This document shows, one piece after another, positions 19,199 to 29,005 of a stretch of DNA of 64,000 bases (positions within the stretch are counted from its first letter, which is position 1; the number at the start of each line of letters is the position of its first letter). The stretch is taken from positions 11,120-75,119 of IMG/VR virus record IMGVR_UViG_3300045970_000046; one strand, written 5' to 3'. The DNA comes from a virus. The notes under the pieces are model-generated. The model saw nothing but the letters and a program-made list of their open reading frames with translations, was not told the origin of the DNA and searched no databases. The position numbers and the translations under genes were made by a program.

Positions 19199-19295
19199 CG
19201 GGACGTAACTCCCTTGTTGCAGATTCGTACCTTGCTCGAGTCGTCCAGTAGGCGACCCAAAACGACTCGAACAAGGCAGCGAAAAATTCGGTCAC
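19119..19295 (-). CDS. 58-aa i-spanin candidate (not in ORF track)
   Basis: GTG start overlapping the holin stop; MTEFFAALFESFWVAYW...; overlaps the lipoprotein gene in another frame. Confidence 0.5.
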   Translation of the reverse strand: MTEFFAALFESFWVAYWTTRARYESATRELRPDEDQKARFARVGAAIRGLPEKDRPPG

Positions 19296-19516
19296 GGGGC
19301 AGGGGGAGCAGGAACCTTATTCTGTTCCTTGTAGAACATCAGTAGGCCGCCAACGATAGTGGCCACAGTGCTGATGATCTTATTCGGCGACGGGGCATAG
19401 ACTTCGACGAAGTAGCCCACCACCATAACAACTAATCCGATGAGGGACGACTTGTAAGAGAGGATAATGCGCTGCCAGAGGGTAAGCATGATGCCTTTGA
19501 AACCGGTGTTTTCCAT
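19292..19516 (-). CDS. holin candidate (2 TM)
   Basis: AGGAGG RBS; two TM segments; follows the endolysin. Confidence 0.7.
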   Translation of the reverse strand: MENTGFKGIMLTLWQRIILSYKSSLIGLVVMVVGYFVEVYAPSPNKIISTVATIVGGLLMFYKEQNKVPAPPAP

Positions 19517-19524
19517 GAGGCCTC

Positions 19525-19893
19525 CTATTTAGGGTCAAACTCAATATGGATATGAGGCCCAGTAGACTTACTGGACGGATTACGGCTGGGCCGTTCATCA
19601 ACAACGTCGTATTGTCCACCTCCCGACTTTCCAAGTACAGCATTTATTTGAGCATAGATGACATCTACATCGCGATCCGGTAGGAGGGATCCATGTAATG
19701 TCCTTACGGAAAGATCTATTGCGCAACCTGTACCATGGAGTAGAACTTCATCCCATGTACCATTTCGCACAGCCGAAGTAAGAATACAGTCATAACCTAA
19801 CGTCCCATAGGCTGTATCTGCTACCATAAGGGCTACAATCATTTGAGGTTGTATACCCTTAAGATTAACTCCCGGCATGATATGTATACCCAT
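19525..19893 (-). CDS. endolysin, peptidase M15-like
   Basis: TS..R, H..G.A.D, PHIHIE Zn motifs. Confidence 0.8.
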   Translation of the reverse strand: MGIHIMPGVNLKGIQPQMIVALMVADTAYGTLGYDCILTSAVRNGTWDEVLLHGTGCAIDLSVRTLHGSLLPDRDVDVIYAQINAVLGKSGGGQYDVVDERPSRNPSSKSTGPHIHIEFDPK

Positions 19894-19917
19894 TGTACTC
19901 CTTAGCTTGAAATTAAA

Positions 19918-22900
19918 TTAGGGAAGATCACCAGTATCTACACGCTTGGCGTTGTGACTCAATAGACCATTTGTCTGGTAGGTTGAGGCTGTTTCAACGG
20001 TAATACGGACTACCGGAATTTCACCTACAGATTGTACGCTCGCAACAACGCCCGGTCTGTCGCCATCGATACGCGCCCCCGGGATCAGATTCTGCACCTC
20101 TACCCATCCACCGTCGCTAAACACACGATGGTTACTAGACATCTCTAGTATCCGACCATCTACCAAGGTTAGGCGTGAGGCTACGTTGGTTTCGTTACTG
20201 ACGGCGGACACCCGGTTGAACGTACCACCATCTTGTGTTAACCCGTCTGAAAGCTCACGCCAGGTCCAAACAAAGTCACCCACCTTAATATCACCCGCGG
20301 GTTTATCGTAATGTAGTGGCGAAACGTGAGGTACACCCACGGAGATGGGTACCCACGGGGCAGGGCAGTTACCGCCACCAATGGCGCCGCTACCGCCGCC
20401 GGGATCAGGAGCAGGAGGCGAATTGTTCCATGAACCGGGAAAACTAGTTCCATCAGTAGCCATTGTCTCGTAATCATCAGCTGGTCTGTATGAGGAGGTA
20501 AGTTGACTCCATATCAACTGAGTATAGTAGCACCCCATAGCTGACTGTCCGAAGGCATTATGTAACGTGACAGTAAGCGCTGGGTAGCCACCGGTCACAT
20601 ACGGACAGAAGATGGTGAAGTCGGCGATAACATGGTTATTTCCGGAATTATCTGTGTAAGGATCCACAAATTTCCTATCCGGTAGCGTGACGAAAGCCGA
20701 TTCCTGCCATTGCAGTGCGGCCTGGGCACCTATACCAGCCGCCGACTGCTGGTATAGGGTGAGAGCGGCGTAACGCATAGCCTCATAGTTGTCTGACACA
20801 GCATTAACCATGAGAACTAAGTATCCTGAGAACATCTTTCTACTAGAGTCCCAGCGGCGACGAGCAATACTTAGATTATAGATGTTAGGGGCACCGTTCC
20901 GGGCTGCACTCGATAAATCGATATTACCTTTATACCAAACTCGATTGGTACCTCCACCTTCGACGGAGGTACCCCACAAGGCGTTGATACTACGGAAGAA
21001 CGAATCGCGTATAGTGTAAGCCCCGATCTTTAAGTTATTCGCCGCAACCTTAATGGCATCGCCCTCCGTAGCGAGCTTAGCTCCAAAGATGGGATCTCCA
21101 ACGGCGTACTCGGGGTGCGCGGCGACGTAGGCTGAGTTGGCTTCTTGGTATCCTGTGGTCTTGATTGTATCAGTGGTTATCATCCCACCGTTAATCGTAG
21201 TCTTTCCGGCCGATAGATATGTCGCCTTATCTAGTGACTTTCCGGCTATAACCTGTAAATCCCCATCAGAAATAGTACCGAAAACACCAACAGCTATCCA
21301 ATCTACGTAGATAACGGCTAACATGGAATTACATAGGTCTAACCGTAGACCCTGAATGGTACCACCTGAGATATAATCCGTACCGCTAGTAAGAGAGCGC
21401 ATATCCCAAACGACTGTCACCCATTCGCCGATAGGTGGAGCTGCTACAGTCTTCTGGTTTGTCTCTGTAAAGGTATGCCCTGCATTTGCAAAGTAGCACG
21501 TACCCTGCCATGCACCTGACACAAGCTTTAGTCTAGCTGCCACAATATGGTTGGATGCCGGACTTAGGCTTAGACCCTGTAGAGTTAGTATCGGATCGGT
21601 TGTAAAAGCCGTAAATCGCGTATACGTATTATCGATTGTGGCTATAGCGTTATTACTAGATACCCACCCAGCCGGCAACGTGGCTGTTGTAAAATCATAG
21701 AAACTAGTAGGTTTTACAGTCTGGGAGGCTAGTTGCTGGGCAACTAAAACAGCAGCAGCAGCTCTATCTATAGACGCCTGGACTGATTCTTTTGTACGTG
21801 GATCTACACTATCGTTTGTAAACTCCGTATTTCCGTCGATACTAATCTTATCTCCGGTTATACGCATACCTTCGGTACTAGCCTTAATCGAAGCTATAAC
21901 CTTACCTTCTAGTGGTCCAGTAGAACTAGATGTTACAGGATAGAAATCGAGTTGGTATGTACCGATAGAACCTTCAACGAGTAAATTACCATCCATCATA
22001 CGGCGGACATATAAAGCATCCGCGTAGAACGAGGCTCTAGCACTAAGGAGTACGGACTGTATCTCCAATGTAAAGTGAGCCGTTACAGCACCGCTAGGGG
22101 CCGTGGCATGTAGCTGGCGTAGATTCCATCCAGCCTCTGTTAAGGCTAGAATCTCATATGAAACTGTTCCGTTATTAATAACTGAATTATCTTTGTCTTT
22201 GAAACGGATTGTTAGATTACCGGTACCATTCGTATCTAACCTATAAATTTGAGCCGCGAAATAATAGATCTCACCGGGAGAGCATGGAATTTTAAGCTCA
22301 GGGAAGTCGGACTGTATGTAGACGTTACCGGCGCTTCTAGACATCCATATAGAGCGGACCCAGTTACCAGAGAAAGAAGCCGCGTCCGCTTTATATCTGG
22401 CAGACCACTGAGGCTCCTCGCTTGTCGGTGTATACTCAGAGGGTGGTAGATCTTCACTATTAGCGTTTGGCCACAGGTTATCGAAATTGACCAGTGTAAG
22501 CTGCTTCGCTGTAATAGAGCCGGCTACAATCTTAGAAGCCGTTATAGAACCATCAACAATAAGACTAGCACCGATACGCCGTCTAACTAGGATATTCCTA
22601 AAGTAAGCTGTTCCAAAACCTCCGGAGGCGTTAATCTGTGTCCAAATGCGGGCATATGTAACGCCAAGTGGAACAACTAAGCGGCCTGTTAGAAGCTGCT
22701 TACCCGTTATAGAAGGGCTACCGGATATACCGCTCCATATACACGAATTATCGGCTACCTTTTCATCGTGGAAGATAAATCCGACTTGTATTGGATTAGG
22801 ACAATCTCTGGTATAACCGACGTAATCGATCCAGAACTCATCGCCAGGCTTTACAGAGAACCATTCACCAAGATAGTTATCCCGAACCGACTGAGCTATA

Positions 22901-25200
22901 GCCCAACTACCCGTGGGTAATGAGTTATCTACTAGTGTTTGGGCGTCTACGGCCGTGGCGGCTGTAGAGCTACTTACGGCATACGTTGAAGTATCGTGTA
23001 GTTCGCCGTTAGGATCGAGGCATAAATTCGTAAAATCTGTTAAGACAAGTTCCCGTGTTGTAATAGAACGGGCTACAAGTTTTTCTCCTGTAATGGTATC
23101 GGCCGCGATACGATCCGCCCCTAGATAACCGGTTGTAATCTGTTCTGCAGCTAGCGTACCTATGTAGCCTACTTGGGCCCCGAGTGTACCTGTTGTAAGC
23201 TTGGAGGCATCAATCGTACCGGCTGTAAAGCTATCGGCATGTAATCTATCCGCGTGAATATACCCGGCTGTAATCTGAGACGCGGTTATAGAACCGATAT
23301 AGGCGACCAAAGCCCCAAGTGAACCGGTGACAATCTTACCAGCATCGATAAGACCGGCCGTTATAGAGGCGGCATTTAGACGAGCAGCATCTAGTACACC
23401 GACTGTAATATGGGCTGCATCTAAACCGTCTACATTAACCTGAGCGGCCGTAAGGGTGTTCGTGTAGATATAGTCAGAGGCTATCTGTTCAGCTGTTATC
23501 GTATGTGCGGCTAGGTGTCCTGCCGTTACGGTACCTGCCGCAATCAGATTAATCCAACCAGTACCATTCCAAGCCCGGATAACTGTAGGACTAACACTAG
23601 TATCGTTCCAGATATCACCGCCTGTAGGATTAGACGGTGCTGTAATGCCGGTTGTAATCTTGTTCTCGTTTTGTGTAATCCACCCTGTACCGTTCCAAAC
23701 TTTGAAAAGATTACTACCTCCGGTAGTATCACACCAAATATCACCGTTTTTAGGCGTAGACGGCGCGGTTATACCGGTCGTAACACCGACACCGGGGGTA
23801 ACGGCAGGGGTAACCGAGATCCAACCTGTTCCAGATTCGTAACGGTAACAACGGCTATTCTCACTGGCCACAAAGCAGAGGTCACCGGTAGCTAGACCGG
23901 TTAAGGCATCGCGGGCCGTAATGTCTGCGGCGTAGAATGTCTTAGAACCACTAGTTGCGGTACTCGTGGCATTTACCCAACGTGAACCAGAAGCCTGTGT
24001 ACTATCAAAACGATATACTCGGTAGTTATCGTTAGTATCGAACCAGAGGTCACCTGTTAAACGACCAGTTTCACTAGGGGCACTATCCTGGTAGAACGTA
24101 GATAGACCGCTAACGGTAGTCGTAACATCTACCCATCTAGAACCGGGAGCCTGCAGGGCGTCGAATCTATAAAGACGATTATTATTGTCTACATCGAACC
24201 AGAGGTCCCCGGTAATACGGCCTTCTTCCGAAGGGGCTGTAGCCGTATAGAAGGTGCTGTTACCCCCGGATGCCGATGTACCTGTGGCTAGAACCCACTT
24301 AGAACCATCAGGCTGTGTAGCGTCAAAACGGTAGAGTTTGTAGTTATCGTCGGTATCAAACCAGAGATCACCAGTAACACGGCCAATCTCACTTGGTGCG
24401 TCTGGTTGAAAATATGTCCCCGCCTTAGCCGCTGTAAGATTACCGAGAGCTTGAATATCTATACCAGCCTGAGTAGCTTTATGATCCGCCTCTTCGGCTA
24501 GGAGGGCCGCGTCCTCTGCGGCCTGCTGGGCTAGGCCCGCCAGATTAACGGCGTTAAGTCCAAGGGCATAGGCTAAGGCGGCATTATTAATCGCTAGGTC
24601 CGCTAGGATTTTAGCTTTTTCATAAATAGCGGTAAGTAGGATTTGACGTGTATCGTAAACCGCTGCGAAACGAGCTTCGAAGGTACTGGCGACAATAATG
24701 GTCCGACCAAGTGTAGAATCCCAATTAGTCGGTGAAGTAAGTGTCGCTAGGTAGCTTGTTAGATCGGCTATAGCGGTCTGATAGTTAGCTGTTTGGATGG
24801 TAAGATTATACGAATTACCTTGAATAAGTAAGCGAGTTTGTTCTCCAATTAACGTATTATAATCTCGGATTACAATCCGTTTCTCTAGAGGTACTAAAAT
24901 ACCGTCGGCAGCTATAGCTCCTAGTTCATCCTGGGCTAAGGCGGCCTGCTCTGCGGCGTCTATAGCGGCCTGATGGGCTAATTGGGCCTTACTTAAAGCT
25001 TCAGAGGCATTGCCTAGAGCTAGACCGATATCCCCTACACGAGCAGACATACCGCTAATAGCATGGGCTAACGTCTCGATGGTACGGCCTGTCCTGGTAG
25101 TGACTATACTACCAAGACCAGACTCAGGACCATTGACAACATCGGCTAGGGATTGAGCATCCAACCCCGCGATTTCAAAAGTATCAGCGGATATAGTCAT
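19918..25200 (-). CDS. multidomain tail fibre with C-terminal Hint domain
   Basis: coiled coil, GDLWFD repeats, ITAxxI beta-helix repeats, CBM-like modules, C...HN Hint. Confidence 0.85.
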   Translation of the reverse strand: MTISADTFEIAGLDAQSLADVVNGPESGLGSIVTTRTGRTIETLAHAISGMSARVGDIGLALGNASEALSKAQLAHQAAIDAAEQAALAQDELGAIAADGILVPLEKRIVIRDYNTLIGEQTRLLIQGNSYNLTIQTANYQTAIADLTSYLATLTSPTNWDSTLGRTIIVASTFEARFAAVYDTRQILLTAIYEKAKILADLAINNAALAYALGLNAVNLAGLAQQAAEDAALLAEEADHKATQAGIDIQALGNLTAAKAGTYFQPDAPSEIGRVTGDLWFDTDDNYKLYRFDATQPDGSKWVLATGTSASGGNSTFYTATAPSEEGRITGDLWFDVDNNNRLYRFDALQAPGSRWVDVTTTVSGLSTFYQDSAPSETGRLTGDLWFDTNDNYRVYRFDSTQASGSRWVNATSTATSGSKTFYAADITARDALTGLATGDLCFVASENSRCYRYESGTGWISVTPAVTPGVGVTTGITAPSTPKNGDIWCDTTGGSNLFKVWNGTGWITQNENKITTGITAPSNPTGGDIWNDTSVSPTVIRAWNGTGWINLIAAGTVTAGHLAAHTITAEQIASDYIYTNTLTAAQVNVDGLDAAHITVGVLDAARLNAASITAGLIDAGKIVTGSLGALVAYIGSITASQITAGYIHADRLHADSFTAGTIDASKLTTGTLGAQVGYIGTLAAEQITTGYLGADRIAADTITGEKLVARSITTRELVLTDFTNLCLDPNGELHDTSTYAVSSSTAATAVDAQTLVDNSLPTGSWAIAQSVRDNYLGEWFSVKPGDEFWIDYVGYTRDCPNPIQVGFIFHDEKVADNSCIWSGISGSPSITGKQLLTGRLVVPLGVTYARIWTQINASGGFGTAYFRNILVRRRIGASLIVDGSITASKIVAGSITAKQLTLVNFDNLWPNANSEDLPPSEYTPTSEEPQWSARYKADAASFSGNWVRSIWMSRSAGNVYIQSDFPELKIPCSPGEIYYFAAQIYRLDTNGTGNLTIRFKDKDNSVINNGTVSYEILALTEAGWNLRQLHATAPSGAVTAHFTLEIQSVLLSARASFYADALYVRRMMDGNLLVEGSIGTYQLDFYPVTSSSTGPLEGKVIASIKASTEGMRITGDKISIDGNTEFTNDSVDPRTKESVQASIDRAAAAVLVAQQLASQTVKPTSFYDFTTATLPAGWVSSNNAIATIDNTYTRFTAFTTDPILTLQGLSLSPASNHIVAARLKLVSGAWQGTCYFANAGHTFTETNQKTVAAPPIGEWVTVVWDMRSLTSGTDYISGGTIQGLRLDLCNSMLAVIYVDWIAVGVFGTISDGDLQVIAGKSLDKATYLSAGKTTINGGMITTDTIKTTGYQEANSAYVAAHPEYAVGDPIFGAKLATEGDAIKVAANNLKIGAYTIRDSFFRSINALWGTSVEGGGTNRVWYKGNIDLSSAARNGAPNIYNLSIARRRWDSSRKMFSGYLVLMVNAVSDNYEAMRYAALTLYQQSAAGIGAQAALQWQESAFVTLPDRKFVDPYTDNSGNNHVIADFTIFCPYVTGGYPALTVTLHNAFGQSAMGCYYTQLIWSQLTSSYRPADDYETMATDGTSFPGSWNNSPPAPDPGGGSGAIGGGNCPAPWVPISVGVPHVSPLHYDKPAGDIKVGDFVWTWRELSDGLTQDGGTFNRVSAVSNETNVASRLTLVDGRILEMSSNHRVFSDGGWVEVQNLIPGARIDGDRPGVVASVQSVGEIPVVRITVETASTYQTNGLLSHNAKRVDTGDLP
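23560..24420 (-). repeat. tandem GD(L/I)W.D fibre repeats
   Basis: three near-identical ~55-aa units TFY...APSE.GR.TGDLWFD..NY..YRFD..Q..GS.WV plus degenerate copies. Confidence 0.85.
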
Positions 25201-25202
25201 AG

Positions 25203-28124
25203 TTAGACAAGCTCACCATATTCGTCTACGACGTTATTTAGATGATCGCTGTCGTTCCGGTAGTAACGATCATCATAGTTTACAGCACGTAAGGTCGTCG
25301 TGTAATTATCTTTTGGATCCTTTTCCGAAACCAAGAAGGCTTTTTCACGTGAACTAATATTGTCTACGATATGATAGACAGCCCTAGCATATAGGTCTTG
25401 ATTTAAAGCTAGCGGTAACCGAGGAGCATGGTCTAGAAATACACTGCTTTCGGTCGAACCGTTACTAGCAACGAAACTCTCAATAGAACCATCGATATGT
25501 TGGATAAAGATTGTATACGTATGACCCGCAAGTAGCGTTACGGTCTGGGATAATTCTACTTCTAGTACGTTCTGGCCGATAACCTCACCGTCCTGTGTTC
25601 CAGTACGAGTATTATCGGCTACGAGGATTCTATCTTGTACAACAAGGATCTCGGCTTCTTGTGTAGCTTCAAATTCAACGGAAACGTTTTGGTATTGGAT
25701 CCTATTCCAGGCCCTTCTAGCAAGAAGATAAGCATGTAATTTACTGCGGATACCAAGACCTTCGATCTTACGTGGATTTATAGAGCCGTATTGTGGAATA
25801 CGGTATGTTAGAGGGGCCTCATCCTCAGGATCAACATAAGTTAGTTCAACACCGTCATAATTCTCGAGTGTACCGAAAGATATAGTCCGTGTTTCTGAAC
25901 CAGGAAGCTTATTACGGTGGTTGAATAGTAGGATACTATCGTTTGTCTGTTTTTCAAACGATAGCATTATTAAGCTACCTCTCCGGTAAGCCATACAGAA
26001 TACTGCCGTGGCTATAACCGTTATCATCTCTTCAAAAGACTCATTATCCTGATCGAACGCATGACCGAATTCAGATGCGTGGTATGTACCGAAATAAGGC
26101 TCAATTAGAGCTATAGTCTCGTATATATTCGATACATCTAGTTCACTTATAGCCCTACGACCAATATGCAGATCTAAACAGGCAGCACAGATCATATCTG
26201 CTACATTCTGTGTAGGAGATAGGGTAGTTGTGAAAGTATTCGTTGATCCTATACGAGTAGGTAGCTTCCTCGTAGTTAACATATTGATCTTACGCTCTTT
26301 AACACTCGTTGCCGAAAGAGTCGCGTATGTTGACACATAGGCTGTAGTCACATCCCCAAAATCTACCGTAGCTGGAACTTCAACCAACGAATAAAGATCA
26401 CGCCATTTAACCGTATCTACGACAGAAGTAGATCCCGTCGTTATCCGTTCATGGGCCGTATCGTTAACTGTAGTACGCCTAACACGAATTTGAACCCTAT
26501 GTCCAAAGAGCGAAGTTCCTACAATAGGGATATACATCGAAATAGCACATTGGGATCTTGTAGAGGCCGAACCAATTAATGTTGAAGTACGGAGAATAGT
26601 ATCCGTAAGGATTGGTTCGTCGGCGTTATCTAAAGGTGTAAGCTCTACTTCGACATCTACCGCTAAACGTCGTTGATGATTCTCTCTATTCGTATAATAT
26701 ATACCGGATGGAGCAATAAAGTTTAACTGATAGGCTGTGGCTGTTTTATCATCGATAGTCACCGCCTTTATCCAGTTTGGTCCTACAGAACTGATAACTG
26801 GACTAAGGTAACCAGTCTTACCGGGAATACTAGCCCAACCTGGATTAATTGAATTAGGTGAATCTAGAACTATAGAGTCATAACTAACGGCTAGAATCGT
26901 ATAGGTACCGTTTAGATTTATACCTCCTGATCCAATAGTCGTGTTAAAGCATTCAAGTACACCGTTAGATCCTATGGTCGTCTGTAAACTAACTTCATCG
27001 TATTCGTAATAGTTAGTCTGGAGTAGAGTTTCAAAAGCTCCACTAATTACCGGATAATCTTGAGTATTATAGGGGTAGCTACAGATAATAGCGTTAGGCG
27101 TACGGGCTAGTACCGTATATCCATAATCGAAGCACACGAAGCTCCGAACGTTACTAAACGCCGCACTAATCTGTAGTATGTCGCCCCCGTTAAGTGGAGG
27201 AGCGTCGTTATTTGGGAAGTGGACTGTAATAGGCCAATCCATAAAATCCGCCGTAAAATAGATATACGTGCCGGCTGTCGGTGGATTGATAATCACGTTT
27301 GATATATAAACCGACTGGCCAGCTACAAAGAGAGCGGCGAAATCTTCTTCCGGAGCCCCTATTAAATCTAGTTGTCCGGCTGCAGAAAATTGGACGTTAG
27401 CTATACCTCTAAAGACATTCGAGTTCTCAACTACTAGTTCCTGACCGTTAACAGACGAGTAGCGTTGTGTTGTATAGAGTGGTTCACCGATTAAGGACCC
27501 GGTTAATTGGTCTGGTTCAGAGCTATTAGGCTGCTTACCCGGACCGTAGATTTCAGCGGACAGACCTGTTATATCCGTGATTAATGTACTACCGTCTTTA
27601 ATATCACCAATCTCGTAAGAACCACGACCGATACATAGGTACGAAAATTCTACTTCCTGGTTATTAATAAATCTAGAACGCGGTACAGATATTAAATCTG
27701 GAGTACACCGTACAGTACCTAAGATATCCGGTATACGACCGTAAAGGCGCTCTCTATTCTGTCTACCCGATAGATCGTTTGTTGAAGAACGAGGGATCCT
27801 TTCCTTGTCCGGTTTAAATAGAATAGCCATCGTAATAACGGCTGCGATAGCTATGATAGATATGACAAGGGCGGTCACACCCATGTCGGCCGGATAGATA
27901 ACAACGATAAACGAACCTTCTAGTGTCTTCAGGTGCTCTGTAGAGGCTTCGTCCTTGGGAGTAACATCATGGGTATTGGCCACATGGTTATGGTAGATCC
28001 GGCCACCCTTTGGAAAAGACTCGTAATGCTCTTGTAAAAAATCTACAAGACTTTCATGTTCGTATGCAATCCACGAACTAGGTTCAAACGGATTCTCCGC
28101 TAATAGGATAGTTTTTAAGGACAT
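25203..28124 (-). CDS. central tail tip / lambda gpJ-like protein
   Basis: RIPDI.G.V...PDL, YDGVEL.Y.DP, AVNYD.RYY; follows NlpC/P60. Confidence 0.85.
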   Translation of the reverse strand: MSLKTILLAENPFEPSSWIAYEHESLVDFLQEHYESFPKGGRIYHNHVANTHDVTPKDEASTEHLKTLEGSFIVVIYPADMGVTALVISIIAIAAVITMAILFKPDKERIPRSSTNDLSGRQNRERLYGRIPDILGTVRCTPDLISVPRSRFINNQEVEFSYLCIGRGSYEIGDIKDGSTLITDITGLSAEIYGPGKQPNSSEPDQLTGSLIGEPLYTTQRYSSVNGQELVVENSNVFRGIANVQFSAAGQLDLIGAPEEDFAALFVAGQSVYISNVIINPPTAGTYIYFTADFMDWPITVHFPNNDAPPLNGGDILQISAAFSNVRSFVCFDYGYTVLARTPNAIICSYPYNTQDYPVISGAFETLLQTNYYEYDEVSLQTTIGSNGVLECFNTTIGSGGINLNGTYTILAVSYDSIVLDSPNSINPGWASIPGKTGYLSPVISSVGPNWIKAVTIDDKTATAYQLNFIAPSGIYYTNRENHQRRLAVDVEVELTPLDNADEPILTDTILRTSTLIGSASTRSQCAISMYIPIVGTSLFGHRVQIRVRRTTVNDTAHERITTGSTSVVDTVKWRDLYSLVEVPATVDFGDVTTAYVSTYATLSATSVKERKINMLTTRKLPTRIGSTNTFTTTLSPTQNVADMICAACLDLHIGRRAISELDVSNIYETIALIEPYFGTYHASEFGHAFDQDNESFEEMITVIATAVFCMAYRRGSLIMLSFEKQTNDSILLFNHRNKLPGSETRTISFGTLENYDGVELTYVDPEDEAPLTYRIPQYGSINPRKIEGLGIRSKLHAYLLARRAWNRIQYQNVSVEFEATQEAEILVVQDRILVADNTRTGTQDGEVIGQNVLEVELSQTVTLLAGHTYTIFIQHIDGSIESFVASNGSTESSVFLDHAPRLPLALNQDLYARAVYHIVDNISSREKAFLVSEKDPKDNYTTTLRAVNYDDRYYRNDSDHLNNVVDEYGELV

Positions 28125-28471
28125 ATGTAGAACCTAATGTCGGGATAAATTCCGCGAAGTGTATCTAAGGACTCGTACTTAGCACCTGTTCCGGTAAGAT
28201 GCAAGACGCGCCTACGGAGATAGACGCCCATATGTGGAGTGTCGCTCTTATTTCGCATAAGTACAAAGCACGGATCCACAGGTTGGGGTACACGGCTAAA
28301 CTTTTTCACCGTATTTTTAGTAAGAAGTCCGTGTTTTGGGGGTAGGATCTCGGTAAACACGGGGGTCACGTTAGTCCCGGTAAGATCCTCCCAAACGTCA
28401 CAAGCGAAATGTAGGCAGGTATAGGAGTTAATTTCATAGATACGCGAAAGATAGGGATCTACAGAGGTCAT
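28115..28471 (-). CDS. NlpC/P60 tail assembly protein (gpK-like)
   Basis: Y.CLHF, HMGVY...VLHL. Confidence 0.85.
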   Translation of the reverse strand: MTSVDPYLSRIYEINSYTCLHFACDVWEDLTGTNVTPVFTEILPPKHGLLTKNTVKKFSRVPQPVDPCFVLMRNKSDTPHMGVYLRRRVLHLTGTGAKYESLDTLRGIYPDIRFYICP

Positions 28472-29004
28472 AAGAAACCCCTTAACATAGGGAATCTATC
28501 AACCGTATAGTATTCCCCGATACGATTAACGTTTAGTCTAGGTAGGCGGGCTTCGAAAGAAGAGCCTTCCCTTTTAAAGTTGAAACTATCTACCTCTAGG
28601 TTAATAGGACCGAGAATACGTTCTAGAGTATCCGAACGATATATCCTATAAACTACGCGGGGCTTTTCAGCGTATCCACTACCAGGAGTCTGAGTTTCTG
28701 AGTCACGCGGAACCTGAGGAGAAGAAGCTATAGCGTCTAGTTCCTTCGGAAGAACCTCGCCAAGATCCCCTAGATCGATCTGGAAACCACCATCCAGATC
28801 GGCCTTAGATTTAATAGGCGTAATCCTAAGTGGATAGTAGTCAAAATGAAAGGTAGTAGCATCCTCTAGGACGACGGTTATACCTTCTATAGCGTTACGA
28901 ACTATACGATAGGTACGAGTAAAGTTCGGATGACTAATCTCTAGTAGCTCTAGGGCTACTACATCTGATTGTGAATTTAAGAAAAATTCAGTATATAGAC
29001 TCAT
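28468..29004 (-). CDS. tail tip protein (DUF1833 / gpL-like)
   Basis: LEISHP.F...YR.VRN, C-terminal RFP.LRGF. Confidence 0.8.
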   Translation of the reverse strand: MSLYTEFFLNSQSDVVALELLEISHPNFTRTYRIVRNAIEGITVVLEDATTFHFDYYPLRITPIKSKADLDGGFQIDLGDLGEVLPKELDAIASSPQVPRDSETQTPGSGYAEKPRVVYRIYRSDTLERILGPINLEVDSFNFKREGSSFEARLPRLNVNRIGEYYTVDRFPMLRGFL

Positions 29005-29005
29005 A

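Noticed and set aside
23560-24420. Fibre repeats as a CRISPR array or DGR template/variable repeats
   Set aside because: They are in-frame protein repeats; no reverse transcriptase and no spacer structure
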